Shown: positions 29,799 to 39,607 of the stretch, in pieces
How positions within the stretch are numbered: position 1 is the first letter of the stretch
Layout: the number at the start of each line of letters is the position of its first letter
Assembly (NCBI GenBank): GCA_016187335.1
Contig: JACPJW010000001.1
Coordinates: 160,001-224,000 of the forward strand
DNA length: 64,000 nucleotides
From: Candidatus Aenigmatarchaeota archaeon
Lineage (GTDB): Archaea; Aenigmatarchaeota; Aenigmatarchaeia; GW2011-AR5
Direction of reading: 5' to 3'
The notes under the pieces: generated by a model
Told to the model about the DNA's origin: nothing
The model's input: the letters and a program-made list of their open reading frames with translations, nothing else
Databases searched by the model: none
Program-made: the position numbers and the translations under genes

Positions 29799-29857
29799 CT
29801 TCTTACCTTTAATCACTACTTTACAGTAGCTGTTATATAAAGCTTTCGCTCCAGAAA

Positions 29858-30445
29858 TCAGCTCTTGACGGCAATCCTGATTATCTCGCTTAAAATTTCC
29901 TCGGGCGGCCTGTTGCCGTCTATGACGTATGTTTCCGGAAACAGGTTCTTCATGTTGAGGTAATTCCTCCTTATCTGCTCCAGTTTGTGCACCTCTTCGA
30001 ACAGCTCAAGGTGCGGCCGCGATTTCTTCATCCTCTCGACGCATATGCTCGGCTGGGTGTCAATGAAAAAAGTCATGTTCGGCTTCCGGAAATAAGCGTT
30101 CAGCTGCTTCAGTATCTGCAGTGACACGTCCAGCGAGCCGTAAGCATACGAGCTGAGTATGTAGCGATCGCATATCACGATCTTGCCTTTCTTCAGCAGA
30201 GGCTCTATTTCAGTTGTCAGGTGGTGCGAGCGGTCCGCGGAGAAAAGAACCTGCAGCGTGAACGGCGACGTTTTCCATTCCTTGCGCAGGGCTGCTTTTA
30301 TGGTCCCGCCTATTATGCCTTCCGTCGGCTCCTTTGTCAGAAATGCTTCCTTTCCTTTGCTCAAGAAGTAGTTCCTCAGCAGGGTTGCCTGTGTTGTCGT
30401 GCCCGCTCCGTCAAGCCCCTCGAACACAATCATTTTGCCTGCCAT
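29858..30445 (-). CDS. tmk: thymidylate kinase
   Basis: FEGLDGAGTTTQ, CDRY. Confidence 0.93.
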   Translation of the reverse strand: MAGKMIVFEGLDGAGTTTQATLLRNYFLSKGKEAFLTKEPTEGIIGGTIKAALRKEWKTSPFTLQVLFSADRSHHLTTEIEPLLKKGKIVICDRYILSSYAYGSLDVSLQILKQLNAYFRKPNMTFFIDTQPSICVERMKKSRPHLELFEEVHKLEQIRRNYLNMKNLFPETYVIDGNRPPEEILSEIIRIAVKS

Positions 30446-30483
30446 GCTTACCGCTATGTTTAGCGCTTAGATGTATAAAAAGT

Positions 30484-30804
30484 TTATTTGGCTGTTTCGT
30501 TTTCAATCCATTTTAAATAATCGGGATTGCCTTCTGTGATCGGGAATGCATTGACGCATGGCACGCTGTAAGAATGGTGCTTCTTGACTTCATCAAGAAT
30601 TTTTTTGTAGAGGGCTTTCTTCGTCTTTGCTATAAGCAGCGCCTCGCCGTGTTTCTCTATCCTGCCTTTCCACCAGTAGGCGCTTCTTATCGGCATGATG
30701 TTCGCGCACGCTATGAGGCGCTTTCTCAGCAGTATTTCGGATATTTTATCAGCTTCCTTCCAGTCCTTTGTAGTGATGTAAACGGCGATGAATTTTGCTG
30801 GCAT
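30484..30804 (-). CDS. cutA: divalent cation tolerance protein CutA
   Basis: LIACANI, YWWKG, HSYSVP. Confidence 0.93.
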   Translation of the reverse strand: MPAKFIAVYITTKDWKEADKISEILLRKRLIACANIMPIRSAYWWKGRIEKHGEALLIAKTKKALYKKILDEVKKHHSYSVPCVNAFPITEGNPDYLKWIENETAK

Positions 30805-30864
30805 AATCCATTCTTCCATCCTGCGCTTAAATATGTATAGGCATTATTATGCATAGGTGGGACT

Positions 30865-31035
30865 ATGGCTTACGTGAGGTACAAGCTGCCGGAAGAGACG
30901 CACAAGCTGCTGAAAAAGGTTTCTTCGCGTCTGGGCATGAAGGAATCAGAGGTCTCCAGAATTGCATTGATGGAATACCTGAAATCACTGGGCGTTCTGA
31001 ACGAGCGCGTGAAGAAAAAATTCGTTTTCAGGTAA
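30865..31035 (+). CDS. CopG/RHH family regulator, 56 aa
   Basis: Manual translation MAYVRYKLPEETHKLLKKVSSRLGMKESEVSRIALMEYL, in a different frame from the 30849 ORF. Confidence 0.75.
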   Translation: MAYVRYKLPEETHKLLKKVSSRLGMKESEVSRIALMEYLKSLGVLNERVKKKFVFR

Positions 31036-31074
31036 ACTTTTTAAGAAAAAGTTTAATCAAAAATAAGGGTTTCT

Positions 31075-31731
31075 ATGACTGAAAAAGCAATCACTGTCGT
31101 TATCCCCGCCTATAACGAAGAAAAGAGCGTTGCTTCTGTCGTCAACAGGGCCAAAAAATACGGCTCTGTCGTTGTCATTGACGATGCATCAAAGGACCGC
31201 ACGGCGGAGCAAGCTAAGAAAGCCGGAGCCTCTGTCCTGAAGCACAAAATAAACGGCGGCCTCGGCGCATCCCTGCGCACGGGCTTCAGGAAAGCCCTGG
31301 AAATGCAGAGCGATGTTGTCATAACTCTGGACGCGGACGGCCAGCATGACCCCGATGACATACCGGAAATGCTGGAAAAAATTTCAGAGGGCTGCGATTT
31401 CGTGATCGGCCAGAGGAACCTGAAGAAATATCCGTTTGTAAAGAAATTCGGCAACTTCTTCCTGAACGCGGCAACAAATTTTGTCGCCGGCACTTCTTTG
31501 AAGGATACGGAATCGGGCTTTCGCGCAATCAGAACAGGCGCGCTTAGAAAAATGTCTTTCAAGGCGAAAAGATATGAAATTGCTGTGGACATTGTCTACG
31601 AGGTAGGCAGAAACAAACTGAAGACAGCGTCCGTGCCTGTAAAATCGCCCGTTTACGTGAAAGGCGTCGGCGTCTGGGACGGCGTGAGGAATTTTATTTA
31701 CCTGCTGAAAAGGAAGGCTGGATTTATCTGA
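31075..31731 (+). CDS. GT2 glycosyltransferase, Dpm1-like
   Basis: IPAYNEE, DDAS, DADGQH, DTESGF. Confidence 0.92.
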   Translation: MTEKAITVVIPAYNEEKSVASVVNRAKKYGSVVVIDDASKDRTAEQAKKAGASVLKHKINGGLGASLRTGFRKALEMQSDVVITLDADGQHDPDDIPEMLEKISEGCDFVIGQRNLKKYPFVKKFGNFFLNAATNFVAGTSLKDTESGFRAIRTGALRKMSFKAKRYEIAVDIVYEVGRNKLKTASVPVKSPVYVKGVGVWDGVRNFIYLLKRKAGFI

Positions 31732-31930
31732 TAAGAGCTTCAGCTGCTTTGTAAAAACCAAAAGCTCCAACAGCACTCATAGCTATCAAATCAGCCAACA
31801 TTATTTTTTGGAAAACAGGTTCCATTCCCTGGTAAGCTTCAGTAAGGCTCCTTGCATGTGCATAAGCGTAGGGAAAGACAGCCGCAGCTGCACCTGCCAG
31901 GTATGGAAGAAGTTTCACGAATTCCGGCAT
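31724..31930 (-). CDS. small membrane protein
   Basis: Two hydrophobic helices. Confidence 0.5.
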   Translation of the reverse strand: MPEFVKLLPYLAGAAAAVFPYAYAHARSLTEAYQGMEPVFQKIMLADLIAMSAVGAFGFYKAAEALIR

Positions 31931-31994
31931 AATTATCAGTTCATATATTTCCTTAAAATTCTTAACCTTATCCTGAAGCTATCATAAGACCCTA

Positions 31995-32918
31995 TCAAAT
32001 GTGCTCGAACTTCTCGCCGAGGCTTTCAAGGACGAGCCTTATTCCTTTTTCCAAGCTGACATTAGGTTTCCATCCCAGTCTGCTTATCTTCGTTATGTCG
32101 GCAATGCTGCGCTCCGGGTCAAACGAGGAAGGCGGCATTCTTTTTATGTTCGGCTTGTACCTTGTTGTCTTTTCTATGGTTTCTATCAGCTGCAGGACAG
32201 AAGTTTCTTTGCCCGTTCCTACGTTGTATATTCCCGTGTGCTCCATGCCGAGGAGCAGCGCGTCAACGACATCGTCAACATACACGAAATCCCTTGTCTG
32301 GCGCCCCGTGCCGATGAGCGGCATCTCCTCGTAATTCATCATCTTCCTGCAGAATACGTTTATGACGCCTGTGTTGTTGAAAGGCCCGTAGACGTTGAAA
32401 AGCCTTGTGACGAAAGCGTCCGTGCCTTTCAGCAGCTGCTCAGCCTTGAGCTTCGTTGTGCCGTAGTATGATATTGGTTTGCAGTTTGCTGTCTCTTTCA
32501 GCGGCGGCGGCGCGTTGCCGTATACTGCCGCTGTTGACGTGAAAACAATCTTTGCTCCCCGCTTTTCCGCGGCGTCAAAAATAGTTTTTGAACCCAGATA
32601 ATTCACTTTATACATTAGGTCTTCGTCAACATTGCGCGCCTGCGCTATTGCCGCCAGGTGGAAAACAGCCTTGCATCCCTGCATTGCAATTCTGACGTCT
32701 TCCTCGCTCCTGATGTCGCCGGCAATGAACTTTGCCTTCGGATTTCTTGCAGAAACCAAAGGTTTCTGAAGACTCAGGAAAGTCTTTGGAGAATCTTTGC
32801 TTTCCTCGAGTTTTGGCTGTGCATTGTCCATAACAATAACTTCATTTCCGTTTTCTACCAGTTTATTGACAAGGTGCGTCCCGATGAATCCGGAGCCGCC
32901 TGTCACTAGAACTTTCAT
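31995..32918 (-). CDS. NAD-dependent epimerase/dehydratase with an in-frame insertion
   Basis: TGGSGFIG, YGTTK, RDFVYVDD; about 20 extra aa after VMDN. Confidence 0.92.
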   Translation of the reverse strand: MKVLVTGGSGFIGTHLVNKLVENGNEVIVMDNAQPKLEESKDSPKTFLSLQKPLVSARNPKAKFIAGDIRSEEDVRIAMQGCKAVFHLAAIAQARNVDEDLMYKVNYLGSKTIFDAAEKRGAKIVFTSTAAVYGNAPPPLKETANCKPISYYGTTKLKAEQLLKGTDAFVTRLFNVYGPFNNTGVINVFCRKMMNYEEMPLIGTGRQTRDFVYVDDVVDALLLGMEHTGIYNVGTGKETSVLQLIETIEKTTRYKPNIKRMPPSSFDPERSIADITKISRLGWKPNVSLEKGIRLVLESLGEKFEHI

Positions 32919-33562
32919 TCAATCATCCCCAGAATTTCCTCAAGCGATTTTATGCTTACTGTTGCCCCGACATCTATTAAATGTTCTCCCCTTTCTATGT
33001 TCACGTCAAGGACTCCCGCAGCTTTTGCCGCTTCCGTGTCGTCCGGCCCGTTGCCGACAAAAACGGCTTCATTGCTTTTGGCGCCGAGCATTCTCAGGCA
33101 TTCGTTTATGCCCTCGGGATGCGGCTTCGGCTTTACTTTGACGCTCAGATCCCTGTTAAAGGCCACGACAATTGCGTCAAATTCTATCCCGTGAGAACGC
33201 AGTATGTCGACTTCGTGCTCGGCCATGTGGAAGACGGCATTGGTGACGATGCCGAGCTTTATGCCCTTTTCCGCAAGCTTTCTCAAAACCCAGCAGTCGC
33301 CGTAGGGCTCAAGATGCTTTGTCCTTTCCTCTATGGTGTCGTATTCAACGAATTTTCTCCAGAAATGCTCCGGGTTTATCCCGCCGTCTGTCATGATTTT
33401 TTCTTTTTCCGAGAGATTGCCGAACCATATCTTCTCTATGCTTTCCTTCGTGGGCTTTATCCCCAGGTCGGCGCAGCATCTTCTGATCAGCTGTTCCAGA
33501 TATTCAGGCTTCGTATGAACCAGCGTGCCGTCCAGGTCAAAGATGACAGCCTTGATTGTCAT
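32915..33562 (-). CDS. HAD family hydrolase
   Basis: FDLDGT, KPHP, VFVGNGPDD. Confidence 0.9.
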   Translation of the reverse strand: MTIKAVIFDLDGTLVHTKPEYLEQLIRRCCADLGIKPTKESIEKIWFGNLSEKEKIMTDGGINPEHFWRKFVEYDTIEERTKHLEPYGDCWVLRKLAEKGIKLGIVTNAVFHMAEHEVDILRSHGIEFDAIVVAFNRDLSVKVKPKPHPEGINECLRMLGAKSNEAVFVGNGPDDTEAAKAAGVLDVNIERGEHLIDVGATVSIKSLEEILGMIE

Positions 33563-33613
33563 TTTAGTAATCAGGAAAAGAAGGCTTAAAAGCTCTGCGC
33601 CGATGTTATTATT

Positions 33614-33802
33614 ATGGCAGAATATCTCGGCCGTATCCAGAGAGATTTTAGAAGAGAAGGAAGACCCCTAGAAATAATGCATTTTTCCCTTATGCTTCCT
33701 GGGCAAGCAACAGAAAATGCAATGAAGGCTTACGGCGGGGAAATAATAGGCTTAGGTTACGGCAACCCTCGCTCTCGCCGTCCGTATTATCAATCCCAGT
33801 AA
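33614..33802 (+). CDS. small hypothetical protein
   Basis: ORF with upstream TATA-like CTTAAAA; no recognisable motif. Confidence 0.35.
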   Translation: MAEYLGRIQRDFRREGRPLEIMHFSLMLPGQATENAMKAYGGEIIGLGYGNPRSRRPYYQSQ

Positions 33803-33822
33803 AATCTGATGTTCCTTTCTTT

Positions 33823-33981
33823 TTACCCAAGGAACTTCAGGATGAAAACAAGCGCCGCGAAAACAGCGGATATGGCCACTACATGCACGGGCTTCAGCTT
33901 TATCCCTGCTTCCTCAACGTCGTAATACCTTATCAGGCCCGCAGTGCTCTGCGGCATCGTCTGCTTTTCTTTCTCGGACAT
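33823..33981 (-). CDS. secG: preprotein translocase subunit Sec61beta
   Basis: Manual translation MPQSTAGLIRYYDVEEAGIKLKP followed by a TM segment. Confidence 0.92.
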   Translation of the reverse strand: MSEKEKQTMPQSTAGLIRYYDVEEAGIKLKPVHVVAISAVFAALVFILKFLG

Positions 33982-34038
33982 GGTTATCAGGAGAATATTG
34001 CCGGGTAATGTTTTAATAATTAATCTGAGGGCATTCCG

Positions 34039-34308
34039 TTAGTGCTTTTTATTCCTCACGCTGTAGTTGTGCCTTTTCAGGAAATCGGCGCGTGAGCGCA
34101 GCTGCTTCCTGTGGTCGTCAAGATTTTTTCTGAATTCGCGCAGCTTTTCCTCAATAACCGAAGACGCCTCGTCAAACTCATCCAGAAGGTTTTCTTTGTG
34201 GTAAGCTATTTCCTTTTTCGTCAGCGAGTTCTGCTTTTTCAGCAGGTTGTCAAGCTCGCTGATTGCTTCCTGCAAATTCTTCTTAGCTTTCACAAGTTCG
34301 GGCCACAT
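34039..34308 (-). CDS. hypothetical coiled-coil protein
   Basis: ORF from MWPELVKAK, helical. Confidence 0.55.
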   Translation of the reverse strand: MWPELVKAKKNLQEAISELDNLLKKQNSLTKKEIAYHKENLLDEFDEASSVIEEKLREFRKNLDDHRKQLRSRADFLKRHNYSVRNKKH

Positions 34309-34345
34309 ATCAGATCTTGATTCTTTGATTAAATTTTTTAGGAAA

Positions 34346-34912
34346 TTATGGGTCGCCGAATACAGGCGTGAATCTGAGCGAAACTGCGCCGCCGGACGGC
34401 GCGGCAAATCTCTGGGAGAATGATGTGCCCCTCAGGAAATTAGAGCCCAAGCCAGGCTGGAACCTGTTCACAGAAATGCCCCCGGAAATAGCACTTTTGT
34501 CGCCAAATTTCGGCTCGATCCTGTTCAAAGAAACGCCTGCGGAGAAAGGCTTTCTTTCCCCTTCAGCAAAGCTCGGCTCGATCCTGTTCACGGAAATTCC
34601 AAGGGAAACCTCGCCTCTCCTTGATTCAAATTGCGGTTCAAGTCTTCTCACGGATGCTTCCAGAGAAACGTCCCGGCGGGGGCGTTGTTCAAAAACAGGC
34701 TCAAGCCTTTTAAGAAAGATGCTCCCGGAAACGCCGCCGCTGAAAATGCCGTCGTCAAATCGCGGCTCTGTGCGCCCTATGGAAAATGCAAGTTTAAAGC
34801 TGTCATGGGATGCGCTTGCTGCGGATGCAAAAAGAACCAGTGCCAGCGCAAAGAAGATGATAAAATTAATATGGTACAGGCGGAATTTTGAAGAAATTCT
34901 GGACATTCTCAT
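34346..34912 (-). CDS. secreted protein with about 6 imperfect ~20-aa repeats
   Basis: Signal peptide; repeat unit S-[VL]-[NR]-R-[IL]-E-P-x-F. Confidence 0.65.
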   Translation of the reverse strand: MRMSRISSKFRLYHINFIIFFALALVLFASAASASHDSFKLAFSIGRTEPRFDDGIFSGGVSGSIFLKRLEPVFEQRPRRDVSLEASVRRLEPQFESRRGEVSLGISVNRIEPSFAEGERKPFSAGVSLNRIEPKFGDKSAISGGISVNRFQPGLGSNFLRGTSFSQRFAAPSGGAVSLRFTPVFGDP

Positions 34913-34969
34913 GAAAAGAATAAAGCAGGAAAGGTTTTTAAGATAAAAATCAAGCTATTTCGTTTGGTT

Positions 34970-35407
34970 CTATTTTGGATTTCCTAGATTTGCAGGCGTT
35001 TTTTTCGCTTTTCTGAGGTAATCAACGCCATAGCCGACTAAGTGAGCGGCGAATGGAACCAGTATTGTTGATGTAAAATCATTGTTAGTTGTAGCTCCAA
35101 TAAACGGCGATGCAAGAGGAGCCACTTTTCCGGCATAGTCAACTAATTTCCATCTGTCTTCTCTGGCAAGTCTCCAAAGGTATCTTGGAAAATTTTCTCC
35201 TTCATGTCTGTTTCTCTTGAAATCGTTATAAACTCCCCATCCTTCAAAAGCACCGTACAAGCCAAAAGGTTCGGCTACAGAATTCGCAAAACCGTTTCTT
35301 ACAGGAGCCTGCTGGTTTGCAAACCAATATCCCCCGCCGCCTAATATTCCTAAAGCAGAGCCAACTCTTCCTAAATCATGTGTAAATCTAATACCTCGTT
35401 TAGCCAT
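34970..35407 (-). CDS. AT-rich orphan membrane protein
   Basis: ORF with hydrophobic Gly-rich segments and own TATA box. Confidence 0.6.
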   Translation of the reverse strand: MAKRGIRFTHDLGRVGSALGILGGGGYWFANQQAPVRNGFANSVAEPFGLYGAFEGWGVYNDFKRNRHEGENFPRYLWRLAREDRWKLVDYAGKVAPLASPFIGATTNNDFTSTILVPFAAHLVGYGVDYLRKAKKTPANLGNPK

Positions 35408-35512
35408 TCAAACCACATCCTTATCTTATTACTACCTTTTAGTAACTATTTAAAGATTTCCGTGGCGTAACAAATAATCATTTTCCGGGAAAAAGGAAAT
35501 AAAAGAAAAAAA

Positions 35513-35785
35513 TTACTTCCACTTGCCTGACCAGTTCCATATCCAGGCGAAGACCCAGCCAACCGCTGCGCCGCCGGCAAAGGAAAGGACGACGAGCTCA
35601 GCTGCCGTAACAGGGTCAAATGCAGCCACCGTTGCAGGAACCCTCATGAAATGAAGGCCAAGCTTGAAGTCGACAAGCCACTGGCCAAGCCCTGCAGCAA
35701 CAAGCGCGGCCCATACAAGGTGCGCTAATGAAGCTGCCGTTCCCAAGGCAACAGCCGTTCTTTTCGGGTTTAGTTTTTCTGCCAT
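35513..35785 (-). CDS. small membrane protein
   Basis: Two to three hydrophobic segments. Confidence 0.75.
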   Translation of the reverse strand: MAEKLNPKRTAVALGTAASLAHLVWAALVAAGLGQWLVDFKLGLHFMRVPATVAAFDPVTAAELVVLSFAGGAAVGWVFAWIWNWSGKWK

Positions 35786-35964
35786 AAGATTTTTTTACAT
35801 TTTGTTGTTATTAAAAGCCGGTAACACGGCTTTCCGGAAAAATAGCTATTTAAACTTGCGCATAAAAGTATGAAAAAGTATGATAATTAAATCTTTTGGT
35901 TATCATATATGAAATAGTATGATATGCTCTTGATTTTCTGGCTTTCCTGGATTGGTGGATCGGC

Positions 35965-37059
35965 ATGAAAATAACATTAAGCGCGATAAAAGCTGACATA
36001 GGCGCGGTGGGCGGGCACACGAAGCCGAGCATGGAAGTGCTCAATGCCGTGAAGAAAGTCGTTGCTGAAAAAAAGGAAATCCTCATTGACAGCTACATAG
36101 GCTACACGGGCGACGACATACACATTCTCATGAGCCATGTCCGCGGGCCGAACAATCCTGATGTTCATAAACTGGCCTTTGACGCTTTCATGGAAGGGAC
36201 GGCCGTCGCAAAGGACCAGGGACTGTACGGCGCGGGCCAGGACCTGCTCAAGACGGCTTTTTCCGGCAACGTCCGCGGGCTTGGCCCCGGCTCGGCTGAG
36301 CTGGAATTTGAGGAAAGGCCTAACGAGGCTGTCCTGCTGATACCTGCCGACAAAACGGAACCCGGCGCGTTCAACCTGCCCCTGTATTATGCTTTTGTGG
36401 AAGTATCGCGCTCGCCGGGCCTGATTCTGAGCGACGACATGAGAAAAGGCGCGGTATTCACGATAATGGACGTCTCGCACACAGAAGCGGACAAAGTGAT
36501 TGAATTAAAAACCCCGGAAGAATACATAGAAATCGCTTCGCTGCTCTTCAATCCGCACAGGTATGTCATTGAAAAAATCCGCTCAAGGAGCAACGGCCAG
36601 GATATAGCTGCCGTCAGCACGTCAAGGCTCCACAACATCAGCGGGAAATATTCCGGAAAGGACGACCCTATAGCTTTGGTGCGCGTTCAGCGTCCTTTCC
36701 TTGCAACGGAAGAAGTCGGCGCGATGTTCCGCTATGCCCACTACGTCGCCGGCGATACGCGCGGCAGCCACAACCTCGCGCTCATGCCCGTGCCGCTCAA
36801 CACGCCTTCTTCGGTTTATTACTGCAACCCCATAGTCAGCGGGATGTATTTCTCGATGCACAACGGAAAGTTCACCGCAACGGGCGACGCGTTCGCGGAC
36901 CCCGTGTTTGACGAGGTGCGCAGGCTTGCTGTCACAAAATCTTTCATGATGCGCGACAACGGGTTCGTGATGCCGTCAATGCTCCCGATGGAAGAGATAG
37001 AATACACGATACTTGCGGAGAAGCTGAAAGAGCTTGACAGGAGATTCACGACAAGGTGA
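35965..37059 (+). CDS. fbp: fructose-1,6-bisphosphate aldolase/phosphatase (class V)
   Basis: KADIG, GDD, YGAGQDLL, ADKTEPG, YSGKDDP. Confidence 0.95.
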   Translation: MKITLSAIKADIGAVGGHTKPSMEVLNAVKKVVAEKKEILIDSYIGYTGDDIHILMSHVRGPNNPDVHKLAFDAFMEGTAVAKDQGLYGAGQDLLKTAFSGNVRGLGPGSAELEFEERPNEAVLLIPADKTEPGAFNLPLYYAFVEVSRSPGLILSDDMRKGAVFTIMDVSHTEADKVIELKTPEEYIEIASLLFNPHRYVIEKIRSRSNGQDIAAVSTSRLHNISGKYSGKDDPIALVRVQRPFLATEEVGAMFRYAHYVAGDTRGSHNLALMPVPLNTPSSVYYCNPIVSGMYFSMHNGKFTATGDAFADPVFDEVRRLAVTKSFMMRDNGFVMPSMLPMEEIEYTILAEKLKELDRRFTTR

Positions 37060-37063
37060 TGCC

Positions 37064-38263
37064 ATGCTCAGCGGCTCGATAGTTTTTGACAAGGTTGACA
37101 TAAACGTGCCTACGGACAATTTGGGCAATATAACGGACACGCAGAAGATTGACGACGCGGCAAAGTCAATATCGTGGTGTTTCCTCAACGGCGCCCACGC
37201 TGTTGTCGTACTTTCCCACCAGGGAAGAAAAAAAGATGAATCCACAAGAAAGCACTGCGATGCCTTAAGGAAATATTTCCAGAAAGTGGTTTTCACCAAA
37301 AGGCACGGCGAGGAAGCCGTGAAGGCAATCGCCGACTCTGAGAGGGGGACAATAATTGTTCTCGAAAACCTGCGCAGCGACGACGAGGAAAAGGATTACT
37401 CGGTTGTCACGGAAACGAACATCTACAGGACTTTGAAAGCCGTGGAAGAAAAGACGGAAAGAAAGGTCATTTTTGTAAAGGATGATTTTGCGACTTCCCA
37501 CAGGAAGGACTTGTGCACTTACGGGCTGCCTATGCAGCTGAAGAAGGAAGGCTACCACGTAATAGCCGGCCCGCTGCTGAGGGAGGAGACGGAAAATTCC
37601 AGGGTGACCATGGAAAAGCTGAGGGACGGCAACGTAGTGTGCATATGGGGCGGGAAAAAGTTTGAGGATTACCTTAACATTTTCCGTCCATTTTTGGAGA
37701 AATACCCTAACTCCATTGTGCTCACATCCGGTCCGCTGTCGCTGCTGATACACAAGGCGATGGGCAGGGAAATAGGCGAGAACGAGAAATTCTTTGAAAT
37801 CATCCCGGAGCTTCTGATAGAAGCTGTTCCTCTGGTAAGGAAATTCAAGGGAAGGATTTTAACCCCTGTTGATTACTACGTGTCCAACCATCACGGCAGG
37901 ACTATCGTATCGTCCAAGGCTATAGAGGGAGTAATCTACGACATCGGGCCGAAAACAGTTGAGCTCTATACGAACATAATCAGGGAGAACCCTAATTCCG
38001 TTATTCTGGGCAACGGTCCGCTGGGGGAATACGAAAAGGAAGAGAACAGGAAGGGCACTATAGAAGTCTATGCAGAAGTTTTCAGGAATGAAAATAAAAA
38101 CTTCATCATCGGCGGCGGCGGCGACTTCAACGCCATGATGAAGCTGCTGAAATTAAGGCCCGACGTGATGAGCAACGGCGGAAAAGCATTCTTGGAATGC
38201 GTCGTGAAAGGCTCTCTTCCGGGGCTTGAGCCGTGCCAGATTGAGATTGCAAAAACGGTGTAG
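37064..38263 (+). CDS. pgk: phosphoglycerate kinase (divergent)
   Basis: VDINVP, LSHQGR, LENLR, GNGPLGEYE, GGGGD. Confidence 0.85.
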   Translation: MLSGSIVFDKVDINVPTDNLGNITDTQKIDDAAKSISWCFLNGAHAVVVLSHQGRKKDESTRKHCDALRKYFQKVVFTKRHGEEAVKAIADSERGTIIVLENLRSDDEEKDYSVVTETNIYRTLKAVEEKTERKVIFVKDDFATSHRKDLCTYGLPMQLKKEGYHVIAGPLLREETENSRVTMEKLRDGNVVCIWGGKKFEDYLNIFRPFLEKYPNSIVLTSGPLSLLIHKAMGREIGENEKFFEIIPELLIEAVPLVRKFKGRILTPVDYYVSNHHGRTIVSSKAIEGVIYDIGPKTVELYTNIIRENPNSVILGNGPLGEYEKEENRKGTIEVYAEVFRNENKNFIIGGGGDFNAMMKLLKLRPDVMSNGGKAFLECVVKGSLPGLEPCQIEIAKTV

Positions 38264-38535
38264 TTGAGCGGAAGCGTGTAAAAAATGCGGTGCGGCGGTT
38301 ATTCAAATACGAATCCGAGGCAAAACAGGCACAGTTATGCAGCACGCATCCCGGATAATTTACAAAAGAACGCCAAGCCGTTCTATTTTGCCCTTCCAAA
38401 ATACCAGGTGATAAATTGGATGGGAGAAAGCGGAATCAGGCTGGCTCCTGAAAATGTGAAAGAAGCAGGAAGCTATGAATGCGTTGCATGGCTGACCAGA
38501 GGACAGTTCAGAAAATTCTGGAACAAAGTGGTTGC

Positions 38536-39552
38536 ATGATAAACGTTTGCGTCAACGGCTACGGGACAATCGGGAAAAGGGTGGCCGATGCGGCGAAAGC
38601 CCATAGCAAGATAAGGCTGGTGGGCGTCAGCAAATATTCCGCAGACGCTGATGCCAGTATAGCAAGGATGCAGGGCATAGATGTTTTCGTGCCCAAGGAA
38701 TCCGCGGGCGCTTTTGAATCAAAGGGAGTGGAAGTGAGCGGCACTGTTGAAGAATTGCTCGATAAGGCGGATTCTATAGTCGACGCGTCCCCTGACGGGG
38801 TGGGCAGGAAAAACAGGGTGGTTTACGAAGAAAAAGGAAAGAAGGCGGTTTTCCAGGGCGGCGAGGAAGCGGGTATAGGGCTCAGCTTCAACGCGCGCTC
38901 CAATTTCGAAAAAGCGCTGAACCAGAACTTTATCCGCGTTGTCAGCTGCAACACGACGGGATACTGCAGGATCCTGAAGCCGCTGACGGAAAGATACAAA
39001 ATAAAGCATGTTTTCGCGTCGCTGATAAGGAGAGGCGCTGACCTGAACGACGCGAAGGGCTCGCAGCTTAACAGCGTTGAGTGGAAGGCGAAAAGCCATC
39101 ACGCGTCGGACGTTCAAAGCGTGATCGACGTGCCCATGAGCAGCATCGCCTTCAAGGTTCCGCACACCCACTCGCACATCAATTCAATGTTCATAGAGTT
39201 TGACGGCGAAAAGCCGGGCAAGGACGACATTTACGAGCTGTTCAGGAACGAGAGGGTGGCCCTGCTCAATACTGCGGCAACCAGCTCGCAGATAGTTGAA
39301 GCCGCGCGCGACCTGGGGCTGAAGCGCTACGACATCTTCATGCCGTGCCTCCTTGTGAACACATACATGGCTAACGGAAATTCCGTTTTCCTTTCCTTTG
39401 CCGTTCCGCAGGAATCCATAGTAGTGCCTGAGAATATTGACGCGATAATCGCGCAGAACAGCGCCATGAGCAGGGAAGAATCCATGCGCACCACGGACAA
39501 GCTGCTGGGCATACCTGACATAAAGGAAAAGCTGGAAAAGGCTTTCAGCTGA
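38536..39552 (+). CDS. gap: archaeal type II glyceraldehyde-3-phosphate dehydrogenase
   Basis: NGYGTIGKRVADA, RVVSCNTTG, VPQESIVVPENIDA. Confidence 0.95.
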   Translation: MINVCVNGYGTIGKRVADAAKAHSKIRLVGVSKYSADADASIARMQGIDVFVPKESAGAFESKGVEVSGTVEELLDKADSIVDASPDGVGRKNRVVYEEKGKKAVFQGGEEAGIGLSFNARSNFEKALNQNFIRVVSCNTTGYCRILKPLTERYKIKHVFASLIRRGADLNDAKGSQLNSVEWKAKSHHASDVQSVIDVPMSSIAFKVPHTHSHINSMFIEFDGEKPGKDDIYELFRNERVALLNTAATSSQIVEAARDLGLKRYDIFMPCLLVNTYMANGNSVFLSFAVPQESIVVPENIDAIIAQNSAMSREESMRTTDKLLGIPDIKEKLEKAFS

Positions 39553-39607
39553 AGCAAGGCAGAAATTATCACTATTCTTTTTTATCTCTTTGGTGCAGAT
39601 TATCCTG

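Noticed and set aside
38285-38539. ORF between pgk and gap
   Set aside because: No motif and an uncertain start; cannot be supported from sequence alone
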